Shown: positions 10,874 through 20,970, counted from the first letter of the stretch. The stretch is DNA of 64,000 bases from an uncultured Candidatus Saccharibacteria bacterium (GCA_964597675.1 CAZQYV010000002.1:7532-71531), one strand, 5' to 3'. Program-made: numbers and translations. Notes: generated from the letters alone by a model not told the origin.

Positions 10874-11107
10874 ATGAAACAAGTAATAGTATATTCAACA
10901 CCAACATGTCATTTTTGCCATATGGCAAAGGAATATTTTGACCAGCAAAAAGTCGCCTATGAATCATTTGATGTTGCAAGTGATATGGAAAAGAGGAAGG
11001 AAATGATGGCGAAAAGTGGCCAACTTGGTGTACCGGTAATTCTAATTGGAGATCAGGTTATTGTCGGTTTTGATAAACCTAGGATTGATAAGGCGCTAGG
11101 TCTATAG
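10874..11107 (+). CDS. Glutaredoxin/NrdH-like redoxin
   Basis: YSTPTCHFC, GQLGVPVI, VGFD. Confidence 0.92.
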   Translation: MKQVIVYSTPTCHFCHMAKEYFDQQKVAYESFDVASDMEKRKEMMAKSGQLGVPVILIGDQVIVGFDKPRIDKALGL

Positions 11108-11129
11108 TATTTTCTGGGAGTTCCCAGAT

Positions 11130-11201
11130 GCCCTCGTAGTTCAATGGATAGAACAACCCCGTCCTAAGGGGTAAATGTAAGTTCGATTCTCGCCGGGGGC
11201 A
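11130..11201 (+). tRNA. tRNA-Arg(CCT)
   Basis: Cloverleaf GCCCTCG/CGGGGGC, ACCCC-GTCCTAA-GGGGT, TTCGATT. Confidence 0.92.
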
Positions 11202-11335
11202 CAAAACACGTCAGTGTTTTTGACCTTGGTAAGAATCGAACAGGAAAGGGGTCGGGAAAACACTTGTTTTACCGTGGAGGAAGGATTGGGAAAACCGTGG
11301 GTTTCCCAGAGGTGAGATATCTCGCCGGGGGCACA
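11188..11335 (+). repeat. tRNA-3'-anchored structured element (Arg)
   Basis: Direct repeat TCTCGCCGGGGGCACA at 11188 and 11320; antisense T-arm/acceptor copy at 11221-11241. Confidence 0.85.
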
Positions 11336-11373
11336 GTCTTTTCTTTTTTATCAATTTTTGCTATTATCAAATT

Positions 11374-11655
11374 ATGTCCCCAGAAGAAAGAGAACTTTTA
11401 AAAAGAAGTATTGCACTGGCAGAGGAAAATAATGACATATTGAGATCGATTCAACGATCGATGAGATTGGCTCGTTTTATGTCTATACTCTACTGGGTCT
11501 TTATTATCGGTTCTGCGGTGGGGGCATACTACTTTATTCAGCCATATCTCGATACTCTAATGGGAGTCTATGGAGGTACAAAGGATCAAATAAATACAGC
11601 AGGGAGTAGTATGAGTGGCATTATTGATGCGTTAAAACAGGGGGTTGGCTATTAA
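11374..11655 (+). CDS. Small CPR membrane protein
   Basis: EENN.IL..I.R..R motif + TM; leaderless-type promoter. Confidence 0.8.
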   Translation: MSPEERELLKRSIALAEENNDILRSIQRSMRLARFMSILYWVFIIGSAVGAYYFIQPYLDTLMGVYGGTKDQINTAGSSMSGIIDALKQGVGY

Positions 11656-12026
11656 AATATAAGACTTTTGCCTCTATAGTTAGATGCCTCCTCAAGGAAA
11701 ATAATATTGTCTTTAGTACTGTGTTCAATCATATGGCAATTTGCACATAACAATGTGCATTTTTTAATTTCAAATTTTATCGAATCCCAACTTTTATTAG
11801 CGACATTTCCAATAGTGAAATCTTTTCCATTTGGATTTTTGTGGTGAAACTGCATCGCTGCTTGATTGCCTGACCAGCCGCAATGTTGACATTTACCTCC
11901 TAATAATTTTATAGCAGCTGCTTTTGCACGAAATCTTCTTATTTTTGTGTTGCAAGAGCCACACCTAATCCTGCATCTTTTTTGGTAGTCCTTAAATTCA
12001 TTATTACATAGTTTGCATACAGCCAT
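11652..12026 (-). CDS. Free-standing HNH endonuclease
   Basis: LGGKCQHCGW...QFHHKNP..K...KCTLLCANCHMIEH; N-terminal CxxC...CxxC. Confidence 0.88.
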   Translation of the reverse strand: MAVCKLCNNEFKDYQKRCRIRCGSCNTKIRRFRAKAAAIKLLGGKCQHCGWSGNQAAMQFHHKNPNGKDFTIGNVANKSWDSIKFEIKKCTLLCANCHMIEHSTKDNIIFLEEASNYRGKSLIF

Positions 12027-12113
12027 ATCATACAGTATAACATTTGATGCTCTACCAAATCAATATTGCTGTTGCAAAAAGGGGATAATTTTAGTATTAT
12101 TGTCTGTGTTAGC

Positions 12114-12186
12114 GCCGAGATAGCTCAGTTGGCAGAGCATTCGCCTGAAGAGCGAAGGGTCCCCAGTTCGACCCTGGGTCTCGGCA
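12114..12186 (+). tRNA. tRNA-Phe(GAA)
   Basis: GCCGAGA/TCTCGGC, TTCGC-CTGAAGA-GCGAA. Confidence 0.95.
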
Positions 12187-12343
12187 CAGAGAAGAAAACG
12201 AAGTTTTTTGGCCCAGGGTCGAACAGATTTTCGGTCTACGAGCCGAGCACGGCTTGTCGAAAATCTGGTGACCAGAATTATCTCGAGCGACGGCGAGAGA
12301 GAATTCGAGGGAGACATCCTGGGTCTCGGCACAGAGAAGAAAA
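12173..12343 (+). repeat. tRNA-3'-anchored structured element (Phe)
   Basis: 26-bp direct repeat CCTGGGTCTCGGCACAGAGAAGAAAA at 12173 and 12318; exact antisense CCCAGGGTCGAAC at 12212-12224. Confidence 0.88.
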
Positions 12344-12381
12344 AACCACCCGTTCGACAAGCTCAGGGTGGCTTTTTTATT

Positions 12382-12855
12382 TTATCCTTTTACCTTGAGT
12401 CGTGTTTGCTTATGTTTGTCTATTTTCGGCATACGTATAATAAGAAGGCCGTGTTTTTCAACCGCATCAGATTCCTCGACATCAATTTCAGCTGGTAACA
12501 TAACAGTACGAGAAAATGTACCCCAATATAACTCTTGATGGTAGTAGTCTTCTTCACGAACAGTGCGCTCTGCTTCTCGTTTACCTCGAATAGTGACCAT
12601 ATCTCGAGTAATGGATATTTCTAGATCTTCTGGTCGTACACCAGCAACCATGGTTTTTATTATAATTTCAACAGGAGTTTGATATACATCTACAGCCAAC
12701 TCACCTTCTTCTGGTTCGTTTTCCATCCATGTATTAACTGTATTTGTTTGGGGAATCCGTGAAGTTGGAGGGGTTGGGACATGCGGACTATCCATGTCAG
12801 TATCGACACGGACTGCTCCGGTCAATTTCTCAAAGAACGATCGAGAGTCTTTCAT
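12382..12855 (-). CDS. Hsp20/alpha-crystallin small heat-shock protein
   Basis: VDVYQT..., ELYWGTFSRTVMLP, GLLIIRMPK. Confidence 0.92.
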   Translation of the reverse strand: MKDSRSFFEKLTGAVRVDTDMDSPHVPTPPTSRIPQTNTVNTWMENEPEEGELAVDVYQTPVEIIIKTMVAGVRPEDLEISITRDMVTIRGKREAERTVREEDYYHQELYWGTFSRTVMLPAEIDVEESDAVEKHGLLIIRMPKIDKHKQTRLKVKG

Positions 12856-12879
12856 AATATGTTTATAAAATTAAATGAT

Positions 12880-13578
12880 CTAAATAGGTTTGTGAATACG
12901 TTTTACTCTTTCAAAGAAGAGCATCACTATAATAATTGCAAACCAGACTGCACCAAAGACAAGAAATACACTTCCTTCTGCTTGCTTAATTATAAATAAA
13001 TTAAAGGATGTATGCAATAGGATTGCAAAGACTATACCGATGAGGAGATACATTTGCTTGAACCAAATTGAACGATAAAACGAAAGTGCCATACAAATAC
13101 CGATTGTTGCTGAAGACAATGTGTGTAGGAGACTTGCTCCCATAAAACGGAGATTACTTGTCATAATTATACCGGCAAAGTCACCAGTATGAACCATATC
13201 GACAAGGAAAAGTGCGTTTTCTAGTGCAACAAAACCAAGTGCAGAGACGATAAGGTAGATAATATTGTCCACAGGTTCGTCGGTGACCTTTCGTGACAGA
13301 GCAATATAGTAGACGATAACAAATTTTGCCAGCTCTTCTATGATTGCCCACAGTACAAATGAAGTATTTTGATCGGCAACTGTATCATATACGATACGTT
13401 GTAACGGGAGGGCCACGATGACAGCAAGCATACCACCAATAAATGATAGGGTGAGTATTTTTGCGGGCTCAGGATGAGCATCTTCTTTTAGCCAAAACCA
13501 CAACCAAATCAATGCTGGTATGATGCCTATTATAAATGAAAGAAAAAATGGGTATTGTTGTAATGTAGAGAGTAACAT
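12880..13578 (-). CDS. PrsW family intramembrane glutamic protease
   Basis: EELAK, LGFVALEN, HTLSS, LHTSFN motifs. Confidence 0.9.
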   Translation of the reverse strand: MLLSTLQQYPFFLSFIIGIIPALIWLWFWLKEDAHPEPAKILTLSFIGGMLAVIVALPLQRIVYDTVADQNTSFVLWAIIEELAKFVIVYYIALSRKVTDEPVDNIIYLIVSALGFVALENALFLVDMVHTGDFAGIIMTSNLRFMGASLLHTLSSATIGICMALSFYRSIWFKQMYLLIGIVFAILLHTSFNLFIIKQAEGSVFLVFGAVWFAIIIVMLFFERVKRIHKPI

Positions 13579-13588
13579 AATAGAGCAA

Positions 13589-13628
13589 ATGATTCATGAT
13601 TCATGATTTAGGATTCACGATTCATGAT
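13589..13628. repeat. Heptamer tandem array (ATGATTC) between valS and prsW
   Basis: ATGATTC ATGATTC ATGATTT AGGATTC ACGATTC ATGAT. Confidence 0.8.
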
Positions 13629-13647
13629 GATTTTATATTTATCATAT

Positions 13648-15831
13648 CTATTTTGGCCACATAGTAACCATAAGTAGTTGTTTACCGGTTGGCTGCATAT
13701 GAGACCAGATTTCCTCTGTAATGAAAGGCATAAATGGGTGAAGGAGAATTAGTATTGTTTGTAGAATATAATGCAGAGTGTATTTTGTCGATGCAACAAT
13801 GCTTGGATCATCACTTTGTAAGCGTGGTTTTGATTCTTCTATAATTATATCAGCAAATCGATGCCATACGTAGTGGTATAGTTTTTCCGCAGCAAGATAA
13901 AAACGTAGGTTGTCCATATCGAGTGTAACATCGGCAATAATACTCTGCAGTTCATCTAGGTATACCTGATCATAATCTCTTAGTGCAGGCTCTTCGGATA
14001 TATCGTGCTCGGCTGTATTTGAAAGTACAAATCGGGTAATATTCCATATTTTATTACTAAAATGTTTATACGCCTTACATTTTTCGTCTGAAAACTTACT
14101 ATCATTGCCTGGGCCCGTACCAACCATAAGTGCCATGCGTATAGCATCAGCACCATATTTTTCTATCATTTCTACAGGATCAATATTATTGCCAAGAGAT
14201 TTGCTTATCTTTTTACCTTGGCTATCACGCACAAGTCCGTGCAAGTATACTTTTTCAAATGGAATTTGCCCGACAAGGTATGTGGACATAAGTATCATAC
14301 GAGCAACCCAAAAGAATAAAATATCATATCCAGTCTCTAAGACTGATGTTGGGTGGTATGTGATGAAATCATCAGTTTTTTTTGGCCAACCAAGTGTAGA
14401 AAACGTCCACAGCCCAGATGAAAACCATGTGTCTAGTGTATCGCTGTCCTGTATCCAGTCATCACCTTTTGGTGCGTCGATACCGCAGTATGTCTCATTT
14501 TCTTTGTACCAAACAGGTATCTGGTGACCATACCAAATTTGTCTACTAATGCACCAATCGTGAAGATTTTCAATCCAGTGTGTATATACCTTTTCAAATC
14601 TATCAGGAATAATATCTACATTTTTGTGTTCGATAACAGAAAGCATTAATTTTTTGAGTGTTACCAACTCTCCCTTTTTAACACTAGGAAGTGTATCAAA
14701 TGCATACGGAAATTCCTTGTTAACATCAATAAACCACTGGTGCATAATCTGTGGCTCAATAATTCCGCTTGTCCGTTCGGCAGTAGCAACATTGTGCGTA
14801 TAGTCCTCCTCTTTAACAAATAATCCTTTTGATTGTAATTTTTCGATTATTTTTGGACGTGCCTCTGCAATTTTCATGTGAGCAAACTCACCGCTTATTG
14901 GTAGCAGTTTTCCGTATTGGTCTATGATCTGTTCTTTATCAAGGTTGTGTCTTTCTGCGATTTCAAAGTCAACCATTGAGTGCCAAGGGGTGATTGTCAT
15001 AACACCAGTACCAAATTCCATGTCGATTGATTCATCCTTTATTATAGTTGCAGTAATCGGTCCGTTTATCCATTCGAGGTCTATTTTTTGGCCATCTGTA
15101 TATTCACGATAGCGGGTATCATCTGGATGCATGACCACGTATTTATCTCCAAATTTTGTTTCAGGTCGAGATGTACTAATGACAAAAGGTCCGTATTTGA
15201 AATAATACAATTTTGTTTTCTCCTCCATGTATACAATCTCATCATCAGAAATAGTCGTCTGACCTTTTGGATCCCAATTTACAATACGATGTCCACGATA
15301 AATAATGCCATCATCATACATTTGTTTGAATGCAGTCCGGACAGCAAGATTTCTTTCTTCATCAAGAGTGAACGCTTCTCGTGACCAATCAACAGAGCAT
15401 CCTATTTTTTTCATTTGACTTACAATTGTGTCGTGACTTTCACTGGCAAAAGTTTCAACTCGCTTTAAAAACTGTTCACGGCCAAGATCGTGTCTATTTT
15501 TACCCTCTGCTTTTTGCATCAGTTTTTCAACCTTTGATTGTGTGGCAATCGCAGCATGGTCTGTTCCTGGAAGCCATAATGTTTTTTTGCCAGACATACG
15601 ATTATATCTAACCATAGTGTCTTCGATGGCTAACATAAAAGCACTTCCCATATGGAGTGTTCCTGTAACATTTGGTGGGGGAAGTACACAAGAAAAACTT
15701 GGCGCATTATTTTTTGTCACGCCCTGTTTTATGCAAACATCAGGGTCAAAAAAACCACTTTGTAACCAGAGTGTATATATAGAATCCTCCGTTGCTTTGG
15801 AGTTGTATGGGGACAAAAAAATATCATCCAT
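13648..15831 (-). CDS. valS: Valine--tRNA ligase (short form)
   Basis: PPPNVTG.LHMG, PGTDHAAIATQ, DWCISRQIWYGH, DTWFSS, KISKS. Confidence 0.97.
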   Translation of the reverse strand: MDDIFLSPYNSKATEDSIYTLWLQSGFFDPDVCIKQGVTKNNAPSFSCVLPPPNVTGTLHMGSAFMLAIEDTMVRYNRMSGKKTLWLPGTDHAAIATQSKVEKLMQKAEGKNRHDLGREQFLKRVETFASESHDTIVSQMKKIGCSVDWSREAFTLDEERNLAVRTAFKQMYDDGIIYRGHRIVNWDPKGQTTISDDEIVYMEEKTKLYYFKYGPFVISTSRPETKFGDKYVVMHPDDTRYREYTDGQKIDLEWINGPITATIIKDESIDMEFGTGVMTITPWHSMVDFEIAERHNLDKEQIIDQYGKLLPISGEFAHMKIAEARPKIIEKLQSKGLFVKEEDYTHNVATAERTSGIIEPQIMHQWFIDVNKEFPYAFDTLPSVKKGELVTLKKLMLSVIEHKNVDIIPDRFEKVYTHWIENLHDWCISRQIWYGHQIPVWYKENETYCGIDAPKGDDWIQDSDTLDTWFSSGLWTFSTLGWPKKTDDFITYHPTSVLETGYDILFFWVARMILMSTYLVGQIPFEKVYLHGLVRDSQGKKISKSLGNNIDPVEMIEKYGADAIRMALMVGTGPGNDSKFSDEKCKAYKHFSNKIWNITRFVLSNTAEHDISEEPALRDYDQVYLDELQSIIADVTLDMDNLRFYLAAEKLYHYVWHRFADIIIEESKPRLQSDDPSIVASTKYTLHYILQTILILLHPFMPFITEEIWSHMQPTGKQLLMVTMWPK

Positions 15832-16067
15832 TTATTTAGAATATCATATTTTCAAAACTGACGGTAGGGGACAAAATCAGGTCTTTTACTGGTATAAAGG
15901 ACATGTCTTATATAATTTCAATAAATGTCCTTTATAATATAAATCTATACGGTGTGTCTAATAAAGGGTATTAAAAAATATTAAGGACAGATTTTTAACA
16001 AAATTATAGGACATTATTATATGGCTATAAATATGGGTATTTGGTGTATCTGTTTTTATGGTGCCTA

Positions 16068-16096
16068 TTGACAGATTTGTAAATTAAGTGTAGTCT
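16068..16096 (+). promoter_or_regulatory. Sigma70-type promoter of the 1610-aa surface protein
   Basis: TTGACA-N17-TAGTCT. Confidence 0.55.
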
Positions 16097-16134
16097 ATTG
16101 CATTATTACAAACGTGTAGAAAATCAGAAAAATT

Positions 16135-19100
16135 ATGAACAAAACAATCACCAATTCAACTAAATATGTAGGAGCATTCATTGCATTTTTGCTTATGATA
16201 GCTGCTCCGATAGGTATTTTGTTTGCTGATTCTACACTCTCAAACGAAATAGTTCAGGACCCTTCTGGTATTGGAGGTGAATCTGCTGTGTGCGGAAAGA
16301 CATCTACATGGTGGTTTAGAAATGGTGCCTCACAATTTAATCTATATCGTAATACACTCAATACTGCTGCCGGCGCACAAAAAATTCTTTCAAATGTCTC
16401 TTACACAGACCCAACATATGGCGGATATATTGATACTGTTCCAGCAGGAACATATTTTTATTGGGTAGAAAATGTTGGTGGCATAAATAAAGTTCCATCA
16501 TTCAACAATAGTACTGGAGGTATTGCAGTCAGCGCCTGTTTAAATAAACCACAAATAAGTATTATTGGTGATCGAATTGTAAATGTTCAGGTTGGAGGTA
16601 CTTACACAGATCTCGGAGCCACAGCAACAGATGCAGAGGATGGAAATATAACATCACAGATCGTAAAGACTGGGACAGTCAATACTGCGGTCGTTGGTAC
16701 ATATAAAATTTCATATTCAGTAACAGATACTACAGGATTGACTACATCAGTTTCTAGACGAGTTGTTGTTTCTGTAAACATGTGTGCACTTGATATCTGT
16801 GCGGGAGGAAATGGCCAACCAGCAATAAATCCTCCAACTTCATTTTCTGATGTGCCACAGTCTAACCCTCACTGGTCAGATGTAAACGAGGCATCATCAC
16901 TATGTCTTATGATTGGTTATGGTAATGATATTTTCGGTGTAGATACTGATTTGACACGTGGTGAGGTTACTAATGTGTTGACACGTATGCTTCATTGGGA
17001 TATTTCATCATCAAGTTCACCAACAGTTTCTATCTTTAGTGATGTGCCACTTGATCGATACAATAGATCTTCAATAGAAATGGCATACCAAAAAGGTATG
17101 GTAGATTCATGTGGTACAAATCCACTTCAGTTTTGTCCAGATGGAGCTACTACTCGCGGTAAATTAGCGATGTCCTTGACCAAGGCACTCGGTCTTTCCG
17201 TTACATCTGCTCCTGCGGCACCGTATTACACGGATGTTTCTTCAAACGACACGTATTTCCCATACATACAGCTTATGACTCAGCATGGCATCATGGGCTC
17301 ATGTCCAACTGGCGCATCTAATACATTTTGTCCTACATCTACTATAAAACGAGGAGATGCGGCACTGTATTTTGTAAAAGCATACGAATATCTTTTAAAT
17401 CATGACAATTCTTGTGTCATTCCAGTCAACACCCCACCAACTATCACTCTCGTGGGTAGTAACCCACTATCATGGACAGTCGGTACACCATTTACTGATC
17501 CAGGAGCCACAGCAACAGATGCAGAAGATGGAAATCTAACATCACATATTGTTTCAACAAGTACAGTCAATGCAAACATTGTCGGTACATACACAATCAT
17601 CTACTCTGTCACAGACAGTGGTGGACTCTCTGCTACAACAACACGTACAGTGAATGTGGTGGCGAAAATAAATACATATTGTCCAGATGGTTTGCCGATG
17701 ACATATGAAAAATTTGCAGAGGCGCGAAATGCTGGTTTAGTTAATTATGCTATTGAAATAAGTTCAACAACTAGTCGTGCAACTGTTCAAGTTACAAATC
17801 AGACAGGTTGTCAGATACCAATGAGTCTTTCGGTATATAAGATGTACGATGGAGTTTTGTCTAATCAGGTACTATTCGATGGGGATGGTGTTACAAATGC
17901 AACATCATCAACAGCATTTAAAGCAAATGTACCTCGATGTATGGCACAGGTTGATTTTTGGTATGGCCAATATCCGACAACACTTCTAGATTCAAATCCA
18001 TATGGTAATCCACCACCACCAGTAGTGCTTGCATGGTCAATACATAATCCAACAGGTCAGTATTGTTCTGACGCAATCCCAAACACTCCACCAACTATCA
18101 CTCTCGTGGGTAGTAACCCACTATCATGGACAGTCGGTACACCATTTACTGATCCAGGAGCCACAGCAACAGATGCAGAAGATGGAAATCTAACATCACA
18201 TATTGTTTCAACAAGTACAGTCAATGCAAACATTGTTGGTACATACTCAATCATCTACTCTGTCACAGACAGTGGTGGACTCTCTGCTACAACAACCAGA
18301 ACGGTCAATGTGGTTGCGAAGCCATACGAAGATCTACCTCCAGTACTAACAGTCATAGGTGCTAATCCAGCAAATATAAATGTCGGTGAGTCATATAATG
18401 ATCCTGGAGCAACTGCTTTGGACAAGGAAGACGGTGATATCACTGCTCAGATCGTCGCAACAAGTACTGTAAACACTTCAGTCGCAGGAACATACACTGT
18501 GACTTATCGAGTGACAGATTCTAAAGGACACACTGTATATGCATCAAGGACAGTAATCGTTTCTCCAGTGGTCCAACCACAAAAAGGGACGATAACGATA
18601 TGTTTGCTTGTTGCAGATACAAATAATTCACTAGCGACATCATCTCTAAACGTACCGCAGGGGACTATCGGTCTCTCTGTATTTGGTGCATCAACAACAA
18701 CCCCGATTCAGTCAAAGATGTGGAATACCAGTGCATTTGCTCCAAACCAAAAAATTATTTTGACAGCAAATGATGCTGATTGTGTTACATATAGTAATCT
18801 TGATATTCGATCATATATATACACACAGGCCACAACAACAGGCGTACAATGGAATCAGCCAAAATATAATAGTCAGGAGACACAACCGGTAAACAATGTG
18901 TTCGACTTCTTTACATTCTCAACTTCAACGGTTAATGCAAACGGTGTGATTAATCTCACAACAGAGCGACCAAACCGAACACTTGTATTATATGCGACAT
19001 ATAACCCTGCACCGCAGTGTATGATTCCAGTTATCACATCTGCACTTTCTGCCACTGGAACAGTAGGACAGTCATTTACTTACACAATCACTGCAACATC

Positions 19101-20967
19101 AACCGCTACAACAACACTGGCATACAGTATTGGAACATCAACATTGCCCGCGGGACTCACATTTAGTAATGGAGTTATTTCTGGCACGCCTACTGTTGCA
19201 ACAACATCATTAATCACTTTGTCGGCAACAAATAGTTGTGGATTTGATACAAAGATACTTGCCCTAACAATTATCCCTGCAGTTTGTACATCATGTGGAG
19301 GAGGAAATACCCCACCAACTATCACTCTCGTGGGTAGTAACCCACTATCATGGACAGTCGGTACACCATTTACTGATCCAGGAGCCACAGCAACAGATGC
19401 AGAAGATGGAAATCTAACATCACATATTGTTTCAACAAGTACAGTCAATGCAAACATTGTTGGTACATACTCAATCATCTACTCTGTCACAGACAGTGGT
19501 GGACTCTCTGCTACAACAACCAGAACGGTGAATGTGGTGACTTCAGATCAGTGTCTCCTACCGCAAATAACATCAGAACTTGGTGCAAGTATTACTGTGG
19601 GACAAGCATTTAGTTATACAATCACAGCATCATCAACAGCAAGTACAACATTGTCAGTAGCGACATCTACACTTCCTGCTGGATTAACATACAATGAATC
19701 AACACACACAATCAGTGGAACATTATCTCAAACAGCGGTATATAACATCACACTCATTGCATCAAATAGTTGTGGAGTAGTGAATAAAACATTTGCTTTG
19801 ACAGTTTCTGCTGCACCATGTACTGGTTCTTGTGGAGGCGGAGGTGGCGGAGGAGGTGGCGGTGGCGGAGGTGGAGGCAATGGTCCGATCGTCTCAAACA
19901 ATCTGACTATTTTCAACGAGTCAGTTATCGAGACTGCACCGGGTATTGCTATGGTCACTTGGAATACAAATCTTCCCGCAACACGACGTGTTGTATACGG
20001 AAATAATTCACTTGCTACATATGGCACTGATACAAACTACGGATATACAAACACAACTGAACTAGTTTCGACACCACTTTTGACACAACATGGTATGGTA
20101 GTTGCGATTAATCCAGGTAAAACATATTACTTCCGTCCAACATCATCAGACTCGAAAACAACTGTCGTCGGTAAAGAACTTTCAATTACCCGAGCAACAG
20201 GTGGTGGCACTGCAGACAACTCATGTTATTACCTCTATGACTACTTGAGAAAAGATTTTAATAACAACCCAGTCGAGGTCAAAAAACTACAAGTATTCTT
20301 GCGTGACCTAGAAGGGTTTAGTAATCTCCAGATTACTGGCATCTATGATGATGCGACGATTGCTGCAGTCAATTCATTCCAAATGAAGTATAAAGATGAT
20401 GTCTTGACTCCATGGGGACATACTGCCCCAACAAGCTTTACCTATATTCTTACAAAGAAAAAAGTAAATGAAATTTACTGTCGTCGAGCGTTTCCTGTAA
20501 CAACACAGCAACAGCAAGAAATTGATGCATTCCGAACATTCCTCCAAAGTCTCCGAATAGAAGGTATCAACTTGACTGCACCTGTAAATCAGACAGAGCC
20601 GACGGTACTGGAAAATAATGTTGTGGGGACAATCCAAAAATCAACGTCTACAACTGCTGGACTTTCAACATTAGCTGGAGTTTCATCAACGACAGAAAAT
20701 ATTACAAATAATGTTTCATCTACAGTTATCGGTTCTGGCAGACGACTTGCCAATCTCGCGCTGGCGTTTGTTGGCTGGCCAGTAGCATTGTGGGAGAGCA
20801 TTGGTAATACCGCATCATGTGGCATTGCTGGATGTCGATGGTGTACGTGGGTCAACTTTATACTTATCTTGATTATTATCGTCCTCTCATATTTCTGGTA
20901 TCGGGAGTGGAAGATGAATAAAGATATTGAAGAATTGAATAAGCAAATTGATCTCACAAACAAATAA
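16135..20967 (+). CDS. Large modular cell-surface protein (five DUF5011/Ig-like, three SLH-like, two putative Ig, poly-Gly, Fn3-like, peptidoglycan-binding-like, C-terminal TM)
   Basis: P.ITL.G.NP..DPGATATDAEDG repeats; FSDVP...TRGE SLH motifs; LPAGLT...ISGTP; VKKLQ.FL...TGIYD..T..AV..FQ. Confidence 0.9.
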   Translation: MNKTITNSTKYVGAFIAFLLMIAAPIGILFADSTLSNEIVQDPSGIGGESAVCGKTSTWWFRNGASQFNLYRNTLNTAAGAQKILSNVSYTDPTYGGYIDTVPAGTYFYWVENVGGINKVPSFNNSTGGIAVSACLNKPQISIIGDRIVNVQVGGTYTDLGATATDAEDGNITSQIVKTGTVNTAVVGTYKISYSVTDTTGLTTSVSRRVVVSVNMCALDICAGGNGQPAINPPTSFSDVPQSNPHWSDVNEASSLCLMIGYGNDIFGVDTDLTRGEVTNVLTRMLHWDISSSSSPTVSIFSDVPLDRYNRSSIEMAYQKGMVDSCGTNPLQFCPDGATTRGKLAMSLTKALGLSVTSAPAAPYYTDVSSNDTYFPYIQLMTQHGIMGSCPTGASNTFCPTSTIKRGDAALYFVKAYEYLLNHDNSCVIPVNTPPTITLVGSNPLSWTVGTPFTDPGATATDAEDGNLTSHIVSTSTVNANIVGTYTIIYSVTDSGGLSATTTRTVNVVAKINTYCPDGLPMTYEKFAEARNAGLVNYAIEISSTTSRATVQVTNQTGCQIPMSLSVYKMYDGVLSNQVLFDGDGVTNATSSTAFKANVPRCMAQVDFWYGQYPTTLLDSNPYGNPPPPVVLAWSIHNPTGQYCSDAIPNTPPTITLVGSNPLSWTVGTPFTDPGATATDAEDGNLTSHIVSTSTVNANIVGTYSIIYSVTDSGGLSATTTRTVNVVAKPYEDLPPVLTVIGANPANINVGESYNDPGATALDKEDGDITAQIVATSTVNTSVAGTYTVTYRVTDSKGHTVYASRTVIVSPVVQPQKGTITICLLVADTNNSLATSSLNVPQGTIGLSVFGASTTTPIQSKMWNTSAFAPNQKIILTANDADCVTYSNLDIRSYIYTQATTTGVQWNQPKYNSQETQPVNNVFDFFTFSTSTVNANGVINLTTERPNRTLVLYATYNPAPQCMIPVITSALSATGTVGQSFTYTITATSTATTTLAYSIGTSTLPAGLTFSNGVISGTPTVATTSLITLSATNSCGFDTKILALTIIPAVCTSCGGGNTPPTITLVGSNPLSWTVGTPFTDPGATATDAEDGNLTSHIVSTSTVNANIVGTYSIIYSVTDSGGLSATTTRTVNVVTSDQCLLPQITSELGASITVGQAFSYTITASSTASTTLSVATSTLPAGLTYNESTHTISGTLSQTAVYNITLIASNSCGVVNKTFALTVSAAPCTGSCGGGGGGGGGGGGGGGNGPIVSNNLTIFNESVIETAPGIAMVTWNTNLPATRRVVYGNNSLATYGTDTNYGYTNTTELVSTPLLTQHGMVVAINPGKTYYFRPTSSDSKTTVVGKELSITRATGGGTADNSCYYLYDYLRKDFNNNPVEVKKLQVFLRDLEGFSNLQITGIYDDATIAAVNSFQMKYKDDVLTPWGHTAPTSFTYILTKKKVNEIYCRRAFPVTTQQQQEIDAFRTFLQSLRIEGINLTAPVNQTEPTVLENNVVGTIQKSTSTTAGLSTLAGVSSTTENITNNVSSTVIGSGRRLANLALAFVGWPVALWESIGNTASCGIAGCRWCTWVNFILILIIIVLSYFWYREWKMNKDIEELNKQIDLTNK
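17428..19539 (+). repeat. Three near-identical ~234-bp DUF5011 domain copies (17428-17661, 18082-18315, 19306-19539)
   Basis: CCACCAACTATCACTCTCGTGGGTAGTAACCCACTATCATGG... repeated almost verbatim. Confidence 0.93.
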
Positions 20968-20970
20968 TAT

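Noticed and set aside
11188-11335. Prophage or genomic-island attL/attR with integrase
   Set aside because: The repeats are only 130-200 bp apart (about 800 bp at Glu) with no integrase or phage genes; treated as a distinct element family.
12060-12498. Several overlapping ORFs over tRNA-Phe and its element (likewise 23398-23811, 49883-50901, 59388-59835, 62242-62539)
   Set aside because: They overlap tRNA genes and GC-rich hairpin repeats; no protein features.
13589-13628. CRISPR array
   Set aside because: Period-7 tandem repeat without spacers; no cas genes or repeat-spacer arrays anywhere in the window.
17428-19539. DGR template/variable repeat pair (an Avd-like gene is in the window)
   Set aside because: All copies are in-frame coding domains with few, not adenine-specific, differences, and no reverse transcriptase is present.
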